Assembly (NCBI GenBank): GCA_038087875.1
Contig: CM075993.1
Coordinates: 7,814,001-7,878,000, forward strand
Origin: Malacoraja senta
Lineage: Eukaryota
Direction of reading: 5' to 3'
DNA length: 64,000 bases
Of this stretch, positions 13,901-27,853 are shown one piece after another; positions within the stretch are counted from its first letter, which is position 1; the number at the start of each line of letters is the position of its first letter. The notes below the pieces were generated by a model. The model was not told the origin of the DNA. It made no database searches and saw nothing but the letters and a program-made list of their open reading frames with translations. The position numbers were made by a program, and so were the translations under genes.

Positions 13901-14629
13901 TCTTTGAATCTCTTTAAAAAATATATATATATGTTATGTGATTTTCCAGCAGTGAAGGTTTAACTTTTCAGGCTGAACTTTTGCAGAACTCTTTCTGGAA
14001 TCTTGGGTAAAATCAGATAAAGAACTTTCTTTGACGACAGCCCTAGACTGATGTACTGCCCATATGGTGGACTGGAAATGTTGAGACACTAAAATACGTA
14101 TCCATTCAACATGATTTAAAAAAAATCATTGAGCCATTGGAAGTGCTTTATTAACCAAAAGTAAACATTGTTTTTCCCTGTTCAACAATTTTTCTTTGAG
14201 TACATTCATGAAGTATTGCTAGCATTTCTGTCCCAAACAAGTTGCTGCTGAGCTGTCTGATTTGGTAGGTTATTTCAGACGGCAATTAGGAATCAACCAT
14301 TCAGTTGGCAAATGGATTTTGCCTTTGCAGATTCTGTGAAAGAATTGAAAACCTCTCCCACTTTCCACCTGGGAACTCTATGGAATGGTAAATATAAACT
14401 AAAGTTTATAAACCAAACTTTGGCCTCAGAAGTTCAGAACAAGGGGGTGAGGAATAGTCTTTTTAAAGAAGATTTCTGTCTCTTTCCTTCATAAATAGAC
14501 TTGCAAGATTTGCATTCTAGGAAGCCTAACCGGCAAATTTGCCCGAGGGGGCTTTATAAAATAGTTGATGATCCCATTCACTTCCAGCAGGCAATGGATA
14601 CTGATCTATCCAAGTCCACCCATGAGTTA

Positions 14630-14877
14630 AGGGCCTGTTCCACTTGGCCGTCATTTGCGCGTCACGCAGATGGCGCGCGAAGATTTTATACATCACAAAA
14701 TCCTGGGACGCTGTGCGCGACCGCGTGTCACTGCCTATGTCACCAAGCACCTTGCGCGCGTAATGCACACTATGCACGTGTAATGCGCACCAAGTGCGTG
14801 TCATGACGTGTGCATCGTGACGCGTAAATGATGTCGCGTAAATTACGCGCAAATGACGGCCAAGTGGGACAGGCCCT
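14630..14877. mobile_element. PIF/Harbinger-type MITE
   Basis: 33-bp TIR agggcctgt[t/c]ccacttggccgtcatttgcgcgt with one mismatch; TTA TSD. Confidence 0.85.
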
Positions 14878-15054
14878 TTACACTCAGCTTTTTAGTGCAG
14901 CATGCCTTGGTGACTATGATGGATGCTCTGCCTCCAGGATCGTTAGATGGTTTAACCCTAGAGGAGATTAACTTGGTAGCCATCTACATCAAAATTAATC
15001 CTGCCTGTTTCTACGAGGTCATCCAATAGGTTGCAGTGATCGAATGTGTAGGGA

Positions 15055-15382
15055 GGTAGAGAAACTCAGCAGGTGAGGCAGCATCTACGGAGCGAAGGAA
15101 TAGGTGACGTTTTGGGTCGAGACCGTTCTTCAGACTGATATGTGGGGGGGGGGGGCGCGGGAAGAAGAAAGGAAGAGGCGGAGACAGTAGGCTGTGGGAG
15201 AGCTGGGGAGGGGAAAGAGGGAGAAAGAAAGGACTACCTGAAGTTAGAGAAGTCAATGTTCATACCGCTGGGGTGTAAACTACACAAGCGAAATATGAGG
15301 TGCTGCTCCTCCAATTTACGGTGGGACACACTCTGGCCATGGAGGAGGCCCAGGACGGAAAGGTCGGATTCGGAATGGGAGG
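15055..15382 (-). mobile_element. Penelope-like 3' fragment, followed by a second terminal-repeat copy to about 15595
   Basis: Homologous to 48160-48510 (endonuclease C-terminus, spacer, terminal repeat). Confidence 0.85.
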
Positions 15383-16064
15383 TTAAACCGAAGATAGACA
15401 CAAAATGCTGGAGTAATTCAGCGGGACAGGCAGCATCTCTGGAGAGAAGGAATGGGTGCCGTTTTGGGCCGAGACTCTTCTATAGACTATTCAGGGGAAG
15501 ATAAATGAGAGATATAGAACAAATGAATGAAAGATATGCTAGAAAAGTAACGACCCTTCAAACTGAAGAAGGGTCCCGACCCAAAACATCACCAAATCAT
15601 TTTTTGGTTATGGGAAGAAACTGGAGCACACCCACATGGTCACAGGGAGAACGTGCAAACTCCACGTATTCAGCATCGGATGGCGGGACTGAAACTGGGT
15701 CTCTGGTGCTGTGCTGCCACCAAAGAGTCAAAGCACCCACAGGTTTCAGAGCCGACAACCTATTATAATGCTGACGATCACTGCAACATAAGATAGACAC
15801 AAAATGCTGGAGTAACTTATCCGTGTTCTCCACTGATGATGCTTGACCCACTCCACTGAGTATTCCAGCACTTTGCCTTTTTTTTTTTGTAACCCAGCAT
15901 CTGCAGTTCTTGGTTTCTCAAAATGGTTTGATTGATCAGCTATGTACATTTTCCTGAATGTGTAGTTGATTGGTAGAATATGAGGGGGGGTGGGATGGTG
16001 GTTGTTGGTGGGCAGTTGAAAATGTGGGATAAGATTGAGTCAGGGTAGGAATAGTGCAAAATCG

Positions 16065-16702
16065 ATGTGGAGTTTGTCAGTAGCACTAAGTTCCTGGGGG
16101 TGCAGATCACGAACAGTCTGACCTGGTCACAAAACATCGCATCACTAGTTAAGAGAGCGCAGCAGCAGTTTGCACTTTCTGCGCCGGATGAGAAGAGCTC
16201 ACCTCCCCCATCCCGTCCTCACCACTTTCTACAGGGGCACCATGGAGAGCATTTTGACCAGCTGCATCTCTGTCTGGTTTGGGGACTGCAAAGCCTCCGA
16301 CTGGAAGTCCGTGCAGAGAGTGGTGAGGACGGCTGAAAAAATCATCGGGACTTCTCTTCCTTCAAATCCGGGACATTGCGTGCAAACGTTGCTTGTCCAA
16401 GGCCAACAGCATTATAAAATACCCCACACATGTCCATCATGGACTGTTCACTCTGCTGCCCTCGGGCAAAAGGTATCGTAGTATAAGGAGCAGAACGGCC
16501 AGGTTTTGCAACAGCTTCTTCCCCGAGCCATCAGACTCTTGAATTCCATATAAAGTGCCGCCCCTATTATCTATTTTATCTTTGTATCTATTTTATCCTT
16601 TTGTTATTTTATGTTGCACGGCGAGCCAGATGCAACAAAATTTCGTTCAGACTTGCATTTGTTGGTGTATTTTTGAATGATAATAAAGTCTTTGATTGAT
16701 TG
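16065..16702 (+). mobile_element. Rex1/Babar-type LINE 3' fragment, frameshifted
   Basis: KFLGVQITNSLTWSQN..KRAQQ / LHFLRRM...FYRGTMESILTSCISVWFG...VQRVVRTAEKIIG...LLPSGKRYRS; ends aataaa plus (gatt)n. Confidence 0.85.
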
Positions 16703-16894
16703 TTTGATGGTCTTTGCAAAATCAACGTGCTGAAGGGCCTGTTTCTATGACCCTGGATCCAGGACCACGGTTACCAGTCCAGGTAAGGGTGGCAGATTTC
16801 CTTCCCTGGGGGACATTTCTGAGCCTTATTGGTTTTAATGGCAATCCCGTTGTTTCCTGGTCACTATTACTGGGACTAATTTATTATTCAAGTA

Positions 16895-17353
16895 CAGGTC
16901 TGCCACCAATTATACGGCTCGCTTGGTTCCAGAGCCTTTCTGGATCCTCCATTTTTCCAGACCATCAGAGGTCACAGAGGTCACAGCCTCGGGGGAAGCC
17001 AACGGTCCACCTAGCGCAGCCTCGGGGGAAGCCAACGGTGCCGGAATAGTCCTCCCTCGGCTACTGAGGGGTGGAGCTAGCGACCCACAAAGTTGGCCTG
17101 GTGTGAACTGAGCTGCCGTCTACGGCCCTGCCGGAATTCCTGAGCCTCGGCCACAAGGGGGGGGGGGGGCAAATTCAATCCGCCGATCGGTGCCAATGTG
17201 GGTTGAGATTGGCTGCCTCACCCGGCCTCGGCACCATATTCTCGGGGGGGGGGGGATGACTTCCAGGGAGTATTTCAAGTATGCCCACGTAATTTTGTCT
17301 GGATTAAAGGAGGCGCTGGACCACCATTTGCCGGATAATCGGTGGTGGACCTG
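16895..17353. mobile_element. Tc1/pogo (Tigger-like) MITE
   Basis: TA|caggtctgccaccaattatacggc ... gccggataatcggtggtggacctg|CA imperfect TIRs; internal 23-bp repeat cagcctcgggggaagccaacggt twice. Confidence 0.7.
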
Positions 17354-17395
17354 CACTTGAATTTAAACTTCACATCAGTCATGATGGAATTCAAA

Positions 17396-17579
17396 GATAG
17401 ACACAAAAAGCTGGAGTAACTCAGCGGGTCAGACAGCATCTCTGGAGAAAAGGAATAGTTGATGTTTTGTGTTGAGACCCTTCTTTAGACTTTTCTCCAG
17501 AGATGCTGCCTGACCCGGCTGATTTACTCCAGCTGTTTGTGTCTACAGTTTAAACCAACATCAGCTGTTCCTTCCTGCA
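17396..17579. mobile_element. Fold-back Penelope terminal-repeat insertion
   Basis: 16-bp TSD catgatg[g/c]aattcaaa (17380-17395 and 17580-17595). Confidence 0.8.
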
Positions 17580-19895
17580 CATGATGCAATTCAAAATAGT
17601 CTCCAGGTCAGCAGTCCATGCCTAAATATAGTTAAGTACCTTATTATGTATCCTGTACATAGAGCAATACAGGTCAATTGGCCTACAATGCCCATGCCAT
17701 ACATTGTCAGGTTAAACTAATCTCTTCTGCCTGCACATAATCCATAATCCCTCCATTTCCGACATATCTAAAAGCCTCTTCAATGCCACCATTGTATACT
17801 CTTTCCTGCCTGTGACTGCCTCATTATTTGCTTAAAGGTCTATCTCAAATTGTCTTTTCTTTTATTACTTTTGAAGCTGTGTGTTTACCTGGTGTTGAGA
17901 CTTTGCAAGTGAGCTTTCTGTTTAACTGTAAATAAGGTGGCGTGTAGCACTGTTTCGGTGTAATCCCAAGTTGAAGGAAGTTTTATACTAGAATGTGAGT
18001 CAAGATTTCATACAGTCTGCATGTTTCCAAAGGGAGTAAAACAAGCTGTGGGAGGAACTCAGTGGATCAAGCATCATTTTTGGAGTTGACTATCACTTTG
18101 TCTCTACTGACTCACTGAGTTCCTCCAGCAGCTTGTTGTTTACTCCAGATTCCAGCATCTGCAGTCTCTTACGCAGCCACATTTCCTAAAGAGTTGGCTT
18201 CTATGTTGCTGGCAATTTATATGAAGAAATAACTTCTCGATCGTGGGTCCACGCTGCCAGTTCACAGTGGACTAGGCTTGTGTGTGTTTATAAAAGTAAT
18301 GAAATGGGTGGATCAACAGCTTCAGACCTTGGCAAATAGTATTCCCACAAGATCCCAGAGTGTTGTCACGATTTCCTTCGACCCACCTCATTGCAGCCAG
18401 TGGATAATTTAAAATCTGCACTTTCTCTGTATCTATAATGCTGTAACGCTATGTACTACACTTACTTTTCTCTCTGTGCACAACCTGTTATAATTTTGTG
18501 TGGCTTGATTGTTAAAGTTGGTGAGACTTGATCAGTAGAATAATAATTCAAAGAGTCAAAGGTCTCGTTGAACAAACTTTTACTAAGTCACCCAGGAGAA
18601 ATAGGACACGGACCTGTTATAATTTTGTGTGGCTTGATCCCTCTCCTGTATAGTATGGTTTGACTGGACAACAAGCAAACAGCTTTTCACTGTACCTCGG
18701 TGCACATGGCAATAATATACCAACTCTGAAGGCCAATAAAATAGAAGGGTCTCGACCCCAAACATCACCCATTCCTGCCCTCCAGAGATGCTGCTGGCCC
18801 ACTGAGTCACTCCAGCTTTTTGTGTCTATCCCATCAGTAAATATATTCAGCATTTTTGGATCACATTGAATCATAATTATTTATCCAAAGGAAAGCCTTT
18901 CACAAGTTGATCTACTTTTCCAGCTTTGGATTGGTTCAGTGTGGATGGATTTCAGGAAAATAGGGTCCTCCAGCTCAGTGCTGGTTGCTGATGTTGTTGA
19001 ATCTCATGACTAAGAATGTTTAGTCTTCCACAAGAGCATGGGGAATGTAGTTAACCCAAATCAATGATGGCATGCCTTCAACTGCCTCAATATTCATTCA
19101 TTTTAAAGGACATGAACCCTTCTGACAAAGCTAATGCTTACTGTTCATCTCTCATTATCCTGTAGCTAGACACATGTGGCAGTAAAGTGCCATTGAAGCA
19201 TTGAAGAGAAGCTGGTGAGCACCTTCCCCTCAATCAGCTCTCTCTGGTGAAGGTACTTGTACCGTGATCTGCGGATGGGAAGTTCCATGGTGTAGACTGG
19301 TGATGATGCAGGAACAGCAGTACAACTGCAAGCCAGGCACAGATTTCACGTGGTCTCGACCCGAAACGGATCTTAATAAGAGTCTTGACCCAAAACATCA
19401 CCAATCCTTCTCTCCAGAGATGTTGCCTGTCCCTGCTGAGTTACTCCAACATTTTGTGTCTATCTTTGGTTTAAACCAGCATCTGCAGTTCCTCCCTACA
19501 CAGATATGACGTGGTTGGAATGACATTCCTTGGATCTGCTGCTCTTTTCCTTTGTGGGAGAGGCCACAGACTGGAGATGATTTTGATGAAGCCTTGGCAG
19601 ATAACTACAGTGCTCTCTGTGACTAGTATGGCAGCTGATGGTACATGATGTCATAATCCTATGGTTGTGAACTGCGATACATCTCTAACAGCCGTAACCA
19701 CCTTTAGTGAGAGGTTTGACTCCAGCAGACTATACTGCCATAATTTCTATTGTGATGTTAAATGTTGACATGATATCTATGCAGATCGTTGTCATCAGCA
19801 TGGCATAGACAGTCATCCAATCATTATTCCATTACTATCTGTATTGAAAATACTGGTGTTGCCTGCTTTACATAGATGTTATACTTCAAAGCACT

Positions 19896-20145
19896 GTTTA
19901 GTTTGGAGATATAGCGTGGAAAAAGCCCATTGACCCACAGAGTCCATGCTGACCAGCACTCACCCGTACAACTGTTCTAGGTCACATAACCCACAAACCC
20001 GTGCAGAATGTTGGCAGAAACTGGAGCACTCGGAGGAAAGCCACGTGGTCATCGGGAGAATGTACAAACTCCGTATAAACATCTGTAGTCAGGATCGAAC
20101 CTGGGTCTCTGGTGCTGTAAGGAAGAACTCTACCCTGTGCTGTCT
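19896..20145 (-). mobile_element. tRNA SINE (HE1-like)
   Basis: Family match with an internal deletion. Confidence 0.75.
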
Positions 20146-20941
20146 TTAAAGTGCCTTGGACTATGTTGGAATCCAAATTTTAATTCTGAGGTAAATGATG
20201 ACCCCTGAACTATGACTGGCACAAAAGGCCATGAATCCAGTTCTCTTGTATCCCATTGTGATTTGTACACTTGAGAGGGGAGAGGGAATTACCCTCTGAT
20301 TACATCCTTGAGGCTCCATTGAGAAGTTGTGTAATGTAGGACATAGATGCAGTCAAATTAATTATAAACAAGGAATTCACTATTTGCATTTTCAGACGTG
20401 TTTTGTTTTTTAACAGCATCTCTCTGTTTCCTGAAGAATTTTTCCCTTTCCCAATTGGCCAGTCGACTAAATGTTTACAGAGCACCGGGCCAAAAAATGG
20501 CACAGAACGATGTTCTTCTGTGTCCTGCGCATGTTCGGAAAGGAGAGTTGGGTGTCTTGGCAACCAGGAACGGCAGCATTACCTTATCTTAGCACAGAGG
20601 TGGATTCCGCTGTGGTGGATGTTTATGTTAAATTTAATATTATGTGGCTGTGTGTCTTGTTGCTTTTCACTGAATAGGGCTGTATGGTAACTCAAATTTC
20701 ACTGTACTACAATGCTAGTGTTTCCATGGCCACAAAGATTCCCACGTTGGGCATCTTCCAATAAAACTCTTTCTCTAATTAGAGAAAGGGAAAGACATTA
20801 GATTGAATTTATAAATGTCAGAGAATCAACTAGAGGATTGCCCATTCCCTTTCACTAAATTGAGGTGGCCTGTTGTGCTGTTTAACCTCAGAAAGCTGCA
20901 GGTGGATTTGCTGCAATCCCCTGTGCTTGACAGGACAGGTA

Positions 20942-21195
20942 GGGCGGCACGGTAGAGCCTTACATCGCCAGATAACCGGGTTCGTTCCTGACTGGCGGGA
21001 CCTGCGTGGGTTTTCTCTGAGATCTTCGGTTTCCTCCCACACTCCAAAGACGTGCGGGTTTGTAGGTTAATTGGCTTGGTGTAAAATTGTCCCCAGTGGG
21101 TGTAGGGTAGTGTTAATGTGTGGGGATCACTGGTCGGTACGGACCCGGTGGGCCGAAGGGCCTGTTTGCACGCTGTAAACTAAAAACTGAACTAA
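20942..21195 (+). mobile_element. tRNA SINE (HE1-like)
   Basis: Family match. Confidence 0.8.
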
Positions 21196-21596
21196 GATGT
21201 TAACGCCCAAAAAAAGCGTTCAGGGCCAAAAAATGTTCTGCGGAAATGTTGTCTGAATACTCTCATTCTGTCTTGGTTAATACTTGGAAAGGACAGCTTA
21301 TCTTATGATGTATGATAACAACATTTAGAAGACATTTGGACGGGCTCATGGATAACAACAGCTGACTTATTCCAGCACTTTGTGTCCTAATTCATATGGT
21401 TATATGTTTTCAATCTTGCAATTATTGTTGGCAAATGTTCATCCCTGCAAAGGGTTAATTTTTCTTTGTAATGTAAATGTTCATTTGAATGTTTCCCCCC
21501 TAGAGTTTGTGGTGCAGTGTGAATCATTCCTTCTGTATTCTCACACTTGCCACCTGACTCATCCTGAAAAGACCAGAATCTGCAATGGGTTGTTGT

Positions 21597-21942
21597 GAAG
21601 ATTGTTAAGGGCTTGCACATGCTAGAGACAGGTTGGGGGATGTTGGGGGAGTCCAGAACCAGGGGCCACATTTTAAGAATAACGAGTAAGCCATTTAGAA
21701 CTGAGACGAGGAAACACTTTTTCTTACAGAGAGTGGTGAGTCTGTGGAATTCTCTGCCTCAGAGGGCGGTGGAGGCGGGTTCTCTGGATGCTTTCAAGAG
21801 AGAGCTAGATAGGGCTCTTAAAAATAGCGGAGTCAGGGGATATGGGGAGAAGGGTACTGATTGGGGATGATCAGCCACGATCACATTGAATGGCGGTGCT
21901 GGCTCGAAGGGCTGAATGGCCTACTCCTGCACCTATTGTCTA
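21597..21942 (+). mobile_element. CR1 LINE 3' end
   Basis: LGESRTRGH..RI...FF.QRVVSLWNSLP; a shorter copy lies at about 12428-12602. Confidence 0.85.
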
Positions 21943-22136
21943 TAGTCTCCATGTTATTTGTTCAAGTTTCATCAAGTGAGAAACCAGTGCTTTCTTCCTT
22001 TTTAGAAGCTGGGAACAGTGATAATACAAATCCAAGCAAAATGCTGGCGATACCCAGCACGTCAGACAGCATCTGTGAAGAGCAAAACAGTTGACGTCTC
22101 GGGTCAGTCGATAAGGGACCAGGTGACAACCCCTGT

Positions 22137-22164
22137 CTGAAGAAGGGTCCCGATCCGAAACGTC
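22137..22164 (+). ncRNA. Minimal hammerhead core
   Basis: CUGAAGA-A-GGGU(CCCG)AUCC-GAAAC-GUC. Confidence 0.55.
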
Positions 22165-22334
22165 ACCTATCCATGTTCTCCAGAGATGCTGCCTGACCCG
22201 TCAAGTTACTCCAGCATGTTGTGTTTTTCTTTTTGTAAACCAGCACCTGCAGTTCCTTGTTTCGAGCCGTGGCAACATGCTGCAGTAGCGTGCCTTATGG
22301 ATGGTACCTTAAACCACTGGTAAGTAGAGGTTAA

Positions 22335-22781
22335 GACTCCGCTCAGTTACTAAGCGCAGGCTCGGCGATCATTTCGCTGAACACCTCCACTCAGTCCCCT
22401 TTCACCTACCTGATCTCCTGCTTGCTCAGCACCCTAACTCCCCCTCCCATTCCCAATCTAACCTTTCTGTCCTGGGCCTCCTCCATTGTCAGAGTGAGGC
22501 CCAGCGCAAATTGGAGGAACAGCACCTCATATTTCGCTTGGGTAGCTTACACCCCAGCGGTATGAACATTGATTTCTCTAACTTCAAATAGCCCTTGTTT
22601 TCCCTCTCGCTCCATCCCCTCCCCTTCCCAGTTCTCCCACCAGTCTTACTGTCTCCGACTACATTCTATATTTGTCCCGCCCACTCCCCTCTGAAGAAAT
22701 GTCTCGACCCGAAACGTCACCCATTCCTTCTCCTTCTCTCCAGAGTGTCCCGCTGAGTTACTCCAGCATTTTGTGTCTACT
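22335..22781 (+). mobile_element. Penelope-like 3' fragment (degenerate GIY-YIG end plus terminal repeat)
   Basis: RRLGDHFAEHL and RKLEEQHLIFRLGSLHPSGMNIDFSNF segments; 15-bp TSD gtaagtagaggttaa (22320-22334 and 22782-22796). Confidence 0.88.
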
Positions 22782-23430
22782 GTAAGTAGAGGTTAAAGCT
22801 GGTGGGTGGGTTACAAGTAGCTGCTTCCTAATTACTGTAAATGCGGAATCCTGGTATCAATATTCCTTTCCCCTGTATTCATGTTTTCACAGCTCAGTGT
22901 ACTATGTGTTGCCCTGTTGTTTGTTCTGCACTAGGCACAATGCAGCCTAATGAAATGCAACCCGGATTTGTGTGAGGCTTTTGTTAATGTTGGTTCAGCG
23001 AGTCTTTTTCTGGGCTTTCCGCTGAGGGTTGTAAGTTGGCCGTGGCTCCCTCCGAGCAGCAGACTGGGTGGTGTTACGTACAATAAATTGCCCATTTGTT
23101 CTCTGCTATGGAAAGAGCTCGTGACGAGTGAGTGCACTGCTTCCCGGGACTGAGTCCCGCTGACTTATCAGCTCAAACCTGGTGTTCGGTGAACTTGCGT
23201 GGTGTTTATAACCTTTTCCTCATCTGTGATTTTATGGAAGTAGTTTTCTTTTTGGGAGAACAAATGAAAAAATTAGGACACTGGCGTTTTACTTCTTGGA
23301 GCAGAGGTTGAACTCAGTGGGGGTTATTTGGGGTCGGAAGGAACTGCAGATGCTGGTTTAAACCGGTTAGACACAAAAAGCTGGAGTAACTCAGCGGGAC
23401 AGGCAGCATCTCTGGAGAGAAGGAATGGGT

Positions 23431-23458
23431 GACGTTTCGGGTCGAGACCCTTCTTCAG
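23431..23458 (-). ncRNA. Minimal hammerhead core
   Basis: Minus strand CUGAAGA-A-GGGU(CUCG)ACCC-GAAAC-GUC. Confidence 0.6.
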
Positions 23459-23768
23459 ACATGGTTCGTGTATATCTGGTGATCAGGGACAGGTCAAGAC
23501 TCTTCCCTTCTTTAGATTGAAGAAGGGTCCTGACCTAAAATGTTCTGTCCATGTTCTCCAGAGTTGCTGCCTGACCTGCTAAGTTACTCCAGCATTTTGT
23601 GTCTTTTTGTATAAACCAGCATCTGCAGTTCCTTGTATCTCATTTCTTATGTTTCCTTTGACTATATGAAAGGACTTTGTGAAATCACCTGTTGGTGTAG
23701 CTCAAGTCCACAGTATAACCTGATAGTCTTGGACACGTCCAAACTATTTGTATGAACTTTTCATTTGT

Positions 23769-24320
23769 GTTGTACAGGGCCCTGGTGAGACCGCACCTAG
23801 AGTATTGAGTGCAATTTTAGTCTCCTAATTTGAGGAAGGACATTATTGCTATTGAGGGAGTGCAGCGTAGGTTCACCAGGTTAATTCGCGGGATGGCGGG
23901 ACTGACATATGATGAAAGAATGGGTCGACTGGGCTTGTATTCACTGGAATTTAGAAGGATGAGAGGTGATTAGACAGGCTAGATGCAGGAAAAATGTTCC
24001 CGATGTTGGGGAAGTCCAGAACCAGGGGTCACAGTTTAAGAATAAGGGGTAGGCCATTTAGGACTGAGATGAGGAGAAACGTTTTCACCCAGAGAGTTGT
24101 GAATCTGCGAAATTCTCTACCACAGCAGGCAGTGGAGGCCAATTCCCTGTATGTTTTCAAGAGAGAGTTAGATTTAGCTCTTAGGGCTAAAGGAATCAAG
24201 GGATATGGGGGGAAAAGCAGGAACAGGGTACTGATTTTGGATGATCAGCCATGATCATATTGAATGGCGGTGTTGGCTCGAAGGGCCGAATGGCCTACTA
24301 CTGCGCCTATTTTTCTATGT
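23769..24320 (+). mobile_element. CR1 LINE 3' fragment
   Basis: LYRALVRPHLEY... through the 3' UTR, with an internal deletion. Confidence 0.85.
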
Positions 24321-25346
24321 TGTGGGCAATGATTAAAACCAGGGCATGTTGGTGAACTTTAATCAGCTTCTAACCATTTCAGCGGAGACTTGTTGGGATG
24401 ATGTTTTTAGGTTTTAATCTGGACCCAATGTTAATTGCATTTGAAGGGAAAGATTCATTGCTGGTAAATAAGACAGGCTATCCAGCCCTTGTGCCACCGT
24501 CACCAGTAAGGTTATGGATGGTCCACATCTTATTTCAGTTAATTTCTCTGGAGATATGGGTTATTGGGAAATACTTCCAGACACATCTCTCTTCTGAGCA
24601 TGAAAATGGAACTATTTGTATAGTGCCTTTCATAATCTTTGGTTGTAAATCTTGAGTATGTACATAAAGTATTATTCACATGTTGCCACTGTTGTCTGTT
24701 GCTGTAAGGAATGCAACATTTGATGCAAGACAAGGTCACATCAATTACAAAATGATAACGAGGGATAGATATTAGCCAGGATATCAAGACCTTTATTGTT
24801 ATTCCTCTACATGTTTACCTGTGAACATCTCTGACAGTCGGGCACACTCTCACTACTGCCCTGGAGAGGTCAGCTTTGATTTTGTTTTTGTTCCAGTGTC
24901 TGGAGTGGAACATTGTCCTGACCAATTTTACAAAGGTTACACTTCAAAGCACAGAAGCCACACTGGTTCGAATGGGTAGCAAAGTATGAGCGTACAAGCC
25001 AGCCTGATGCTTTAGTGCGGTACTAAGCTTTATCACATGGTCACAGGTATCAACAATCAGTAGAAATGTTCAATTGAGGGGGATTTAAAAAATAATTGTC
25101 CATGTCATTGTAAATATGTGTTCCAGGTATTCGAGTATTCATTTATTGTGCAAATACATAGACACATAGACAATGGGTGCAGGAGTGATCGGGTGATCAC
25201 ATAGGAAGAGGAATAAACTTTCTAGTTGCCTTTCCCCACAGTGGAAATTTTTGATTCTGTTGTGGGGGGACGTTCATGTTGAATTCTATAATGTGTTGTG
25301 TCATTTTTATTTCTTTTTAAATTTTTTTCTATGGATGTACGGAAAC

Positions 25347-25656
25347 TTAATTCACAACTCTCTGGGTGAAAAAATTGTTCCTCGTCTCAGTTGTAAATGG
25401 CCTACCCCTTATTCTTAAATTGTGGCCCTTGGTTCTGGACTCCCCCAACATCAGGAACATGTTTCCTGCGTCTAGCATGTCCAGTCCTTTATTGATTTTA
25501 TTTGTTTCTATAAGATGCCCTCTCATCCTTCTAAATTCCAGTGAATACAAGCCCAGTCGCTCCATTCTTTCATCATATGACAGTCCAGCCATCCCGGGAA
25601 TTAACCTGGTGAACCTACGCTGCACTCACTCAATAGCAAGAATGTCCTTCCTCAAA
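25347..25656 (-). mobile_element. CR1 LINE internal fragment
   Basis: QRRFTRLIPGMAGLSYDERMERLGLYSLEFRRMRG.LIET. Confidence 0.85.
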
Positions 25657-25712
25657 TGAGTCAATTGCAAACATTAGATTGGACTGATACAAAATGCTCA
25701 AGTGACTTCAGT

Positions 25713-25740
25713 CTGAAGAAGGGTTTCGGTCCGAAACGTT
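25713..25740 (+). ncRNA. Minimal hammerhead core
   Basis: CUGAAGA-A-GGGU(UUCG)GUCC-GAAAC-GUU. Its unit is nested in another terminal-repeat copy, with TSD tgctcaagt[g/t]act. Confidence 0.55.
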
Positions 25741-26757
25741 GCCTATTTCTTTCGCTCCATAGATGCTGCTGCACCCGCTGAGTTTCTCCAGCACTTTTGT
25801 CTGCTCAAGTTACTCAACGGGTTAGGCAGCATCCATGGAGAGCATGAATAGGGTGACATTTTGCGTTGGGACACTTCTTCAGACTTGTACCCTAATGGTA
25901 TGAAACTGGACAACCAACACCTCTTATTCCACTGGGGAAGCTTACAACCTTGTTTCTACAAACATTGGATTAACCGATTGTGCGGAAGATAAACACAAAA
26001 TGCTGGAGCAACTCAGCGGGTCAGGCAGCTTCTCTGGAGAAAAGGAATAGGTGACATTTTGGGTCTTCAGACTCATTGTACAGCATTATATCTAGGACCT
26101 TGTAGTCCTCAAATTGAAAACCAAGTTTGCCTACTTGGGTGATCTCAAAAGAAAACACGACCAAGGTCCTCCTTGCAACCAGACTCAGACCTTCACAGCT
26201 AACTTTGAGGTGCAGTGGAAGGTGGCAAGAAACAGATCTTGTTGATTCTAAACGTTTTAAATTAATTTGCCTGTTCTATGTGGATATTGCTGGCAATGCT
26301 TTTGTTTCTGATCTTAATTGCTCCTGAAATGAAGCACTTTCGAATTAACTACAACGTGAGGGCTGGAGCTGCAGACGAGGCGATTAACTTCCCAGAAGAG
26401 TGATTATAAATGAAGCATTTTTATGAAAGTTTGCTCATTTTATACTTCCATTTCTTGTTGGGATTTAATCTGATCTCAGATGCAATGGTGCATAACGGTG
26501 GCTGGCAACGTATCACCGCATAATCATACTCTTTAGACCTTTGTTATCTGGACTGGTGCTAACTGAACTCCGCGAGGACATCTCTCGGGAGATGTGGGTG
26601 GACCATTTTCAAATGGGGTCTGTGGTCAACGTCTGTGAGTTGCTTTGGTTATCTGGCACCTGCCTGAGTTTCTGGTGACCTCTTTGATACTTCACTGGGT
26701 GTGTAAAGCTGGTGGACTCCAACATGGGCAGTAATCTGTATAATTACACAAGTCGTT

Positions 26758-26892
26758 TAAGAAGGAACTGCAGATGCTGGAAAATCGAAGGTAGACAAAG
26801 GTGCTGGAGAAACTCAGAGGGTGCAGCAGCATCTAAGGAGCGAAGGAAATAGGCAACGTTTCGGGCCGAAACCCTTCTTCAGACTTCTTAAC
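26758..26892 (-). mobile_element. Solo Penelope terminal repeat (another copy at about 27064-27190)
   Basis: 13-bp TSD tacacaagtc[g/a]tt; intact hammerhead core on the minus strand. Confidence 0.8.
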
Positions 26893-27604
26893 TACACAAG
26901 TCATTGATTGTCAATCAATGTACATCACAAGGACTGATATATACACTGACTACCAAGTTTACATATTCTGTTGTGCTGCAGCGAGCAAGAATTTCATTGT
27001 CCTACCTGGGACATATGACAATAAAACACTCTTGACTCTTGACAATGCTACAAGGACATAAAGTTTAAGAAGGAACTGCAGATGCTGGAAAAAATCGAAG
27101 GTGGACAAAAATGCTGGAGAAACTCAGCGGGTGAGGCAGCATCTATGAAGTGAAGGAATAGGTGACGTTTCGGGTCGAGACCCTTCTGAAGAATACATAG
27201 TCATTAAGACTCATCTGTAGCTGAATCTCCCCACAGTTCTGTCCTGTTGTGCACGCATATGGCTGCACCTCACACTACTGTTGCTTGCTGTGTAATCAAC
27301 TACAGTTGTCCAAGCTCAGAAATTCATTCCTCAGCTCCTATGCCTTCCTGCTATTCAAGACATTGTTTTACTAAGCCCACTACCCTGATGTTTCTTCCTT
27401 TGGCTGGGCGTTTATCACTCCTGGGAAGTGCTTTGGGATGTTTAATATTGTTCCTGTATGATTCCCAACCAGGAAAATCAGTAATTGTTCTAATCATACA
27501 CTCGGCATTTCCACTGGTGCGATCAGTCTTTATGCCATTACCACTGAGTTTGGACTTTGTGCTGCCAATTTTATTCACTGCCTGACTTTGGCGTTAGACT
27601 TTAC

Positions 27605-27853
27605 TTTAGACTTCAGAGATACAGTGTGGAAACAGGCCCATTAGGCTCACCGAGTCCGCGCCGACCACATATCACCCCGTACGCTCGCACTAACCTACAC
27701 ACCAGGGACAATTTACAGAAGCCAATTAACCAACAAACCTGCACCTCTTTGGAAACCGGAGCACCCGGAGAAACCCTACGTGGTCTCGGGGAGAAGGTGC
27801 AGATTCTGTACAGACAGCATCCGTAGTCGGGATCGAACCTGGGTCTCTGGCTT
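27605..27853 (-). mobile_element. tRNA SINE (HE1-like)
   Basis: Family match, head truncated. Confidence 0.8.
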
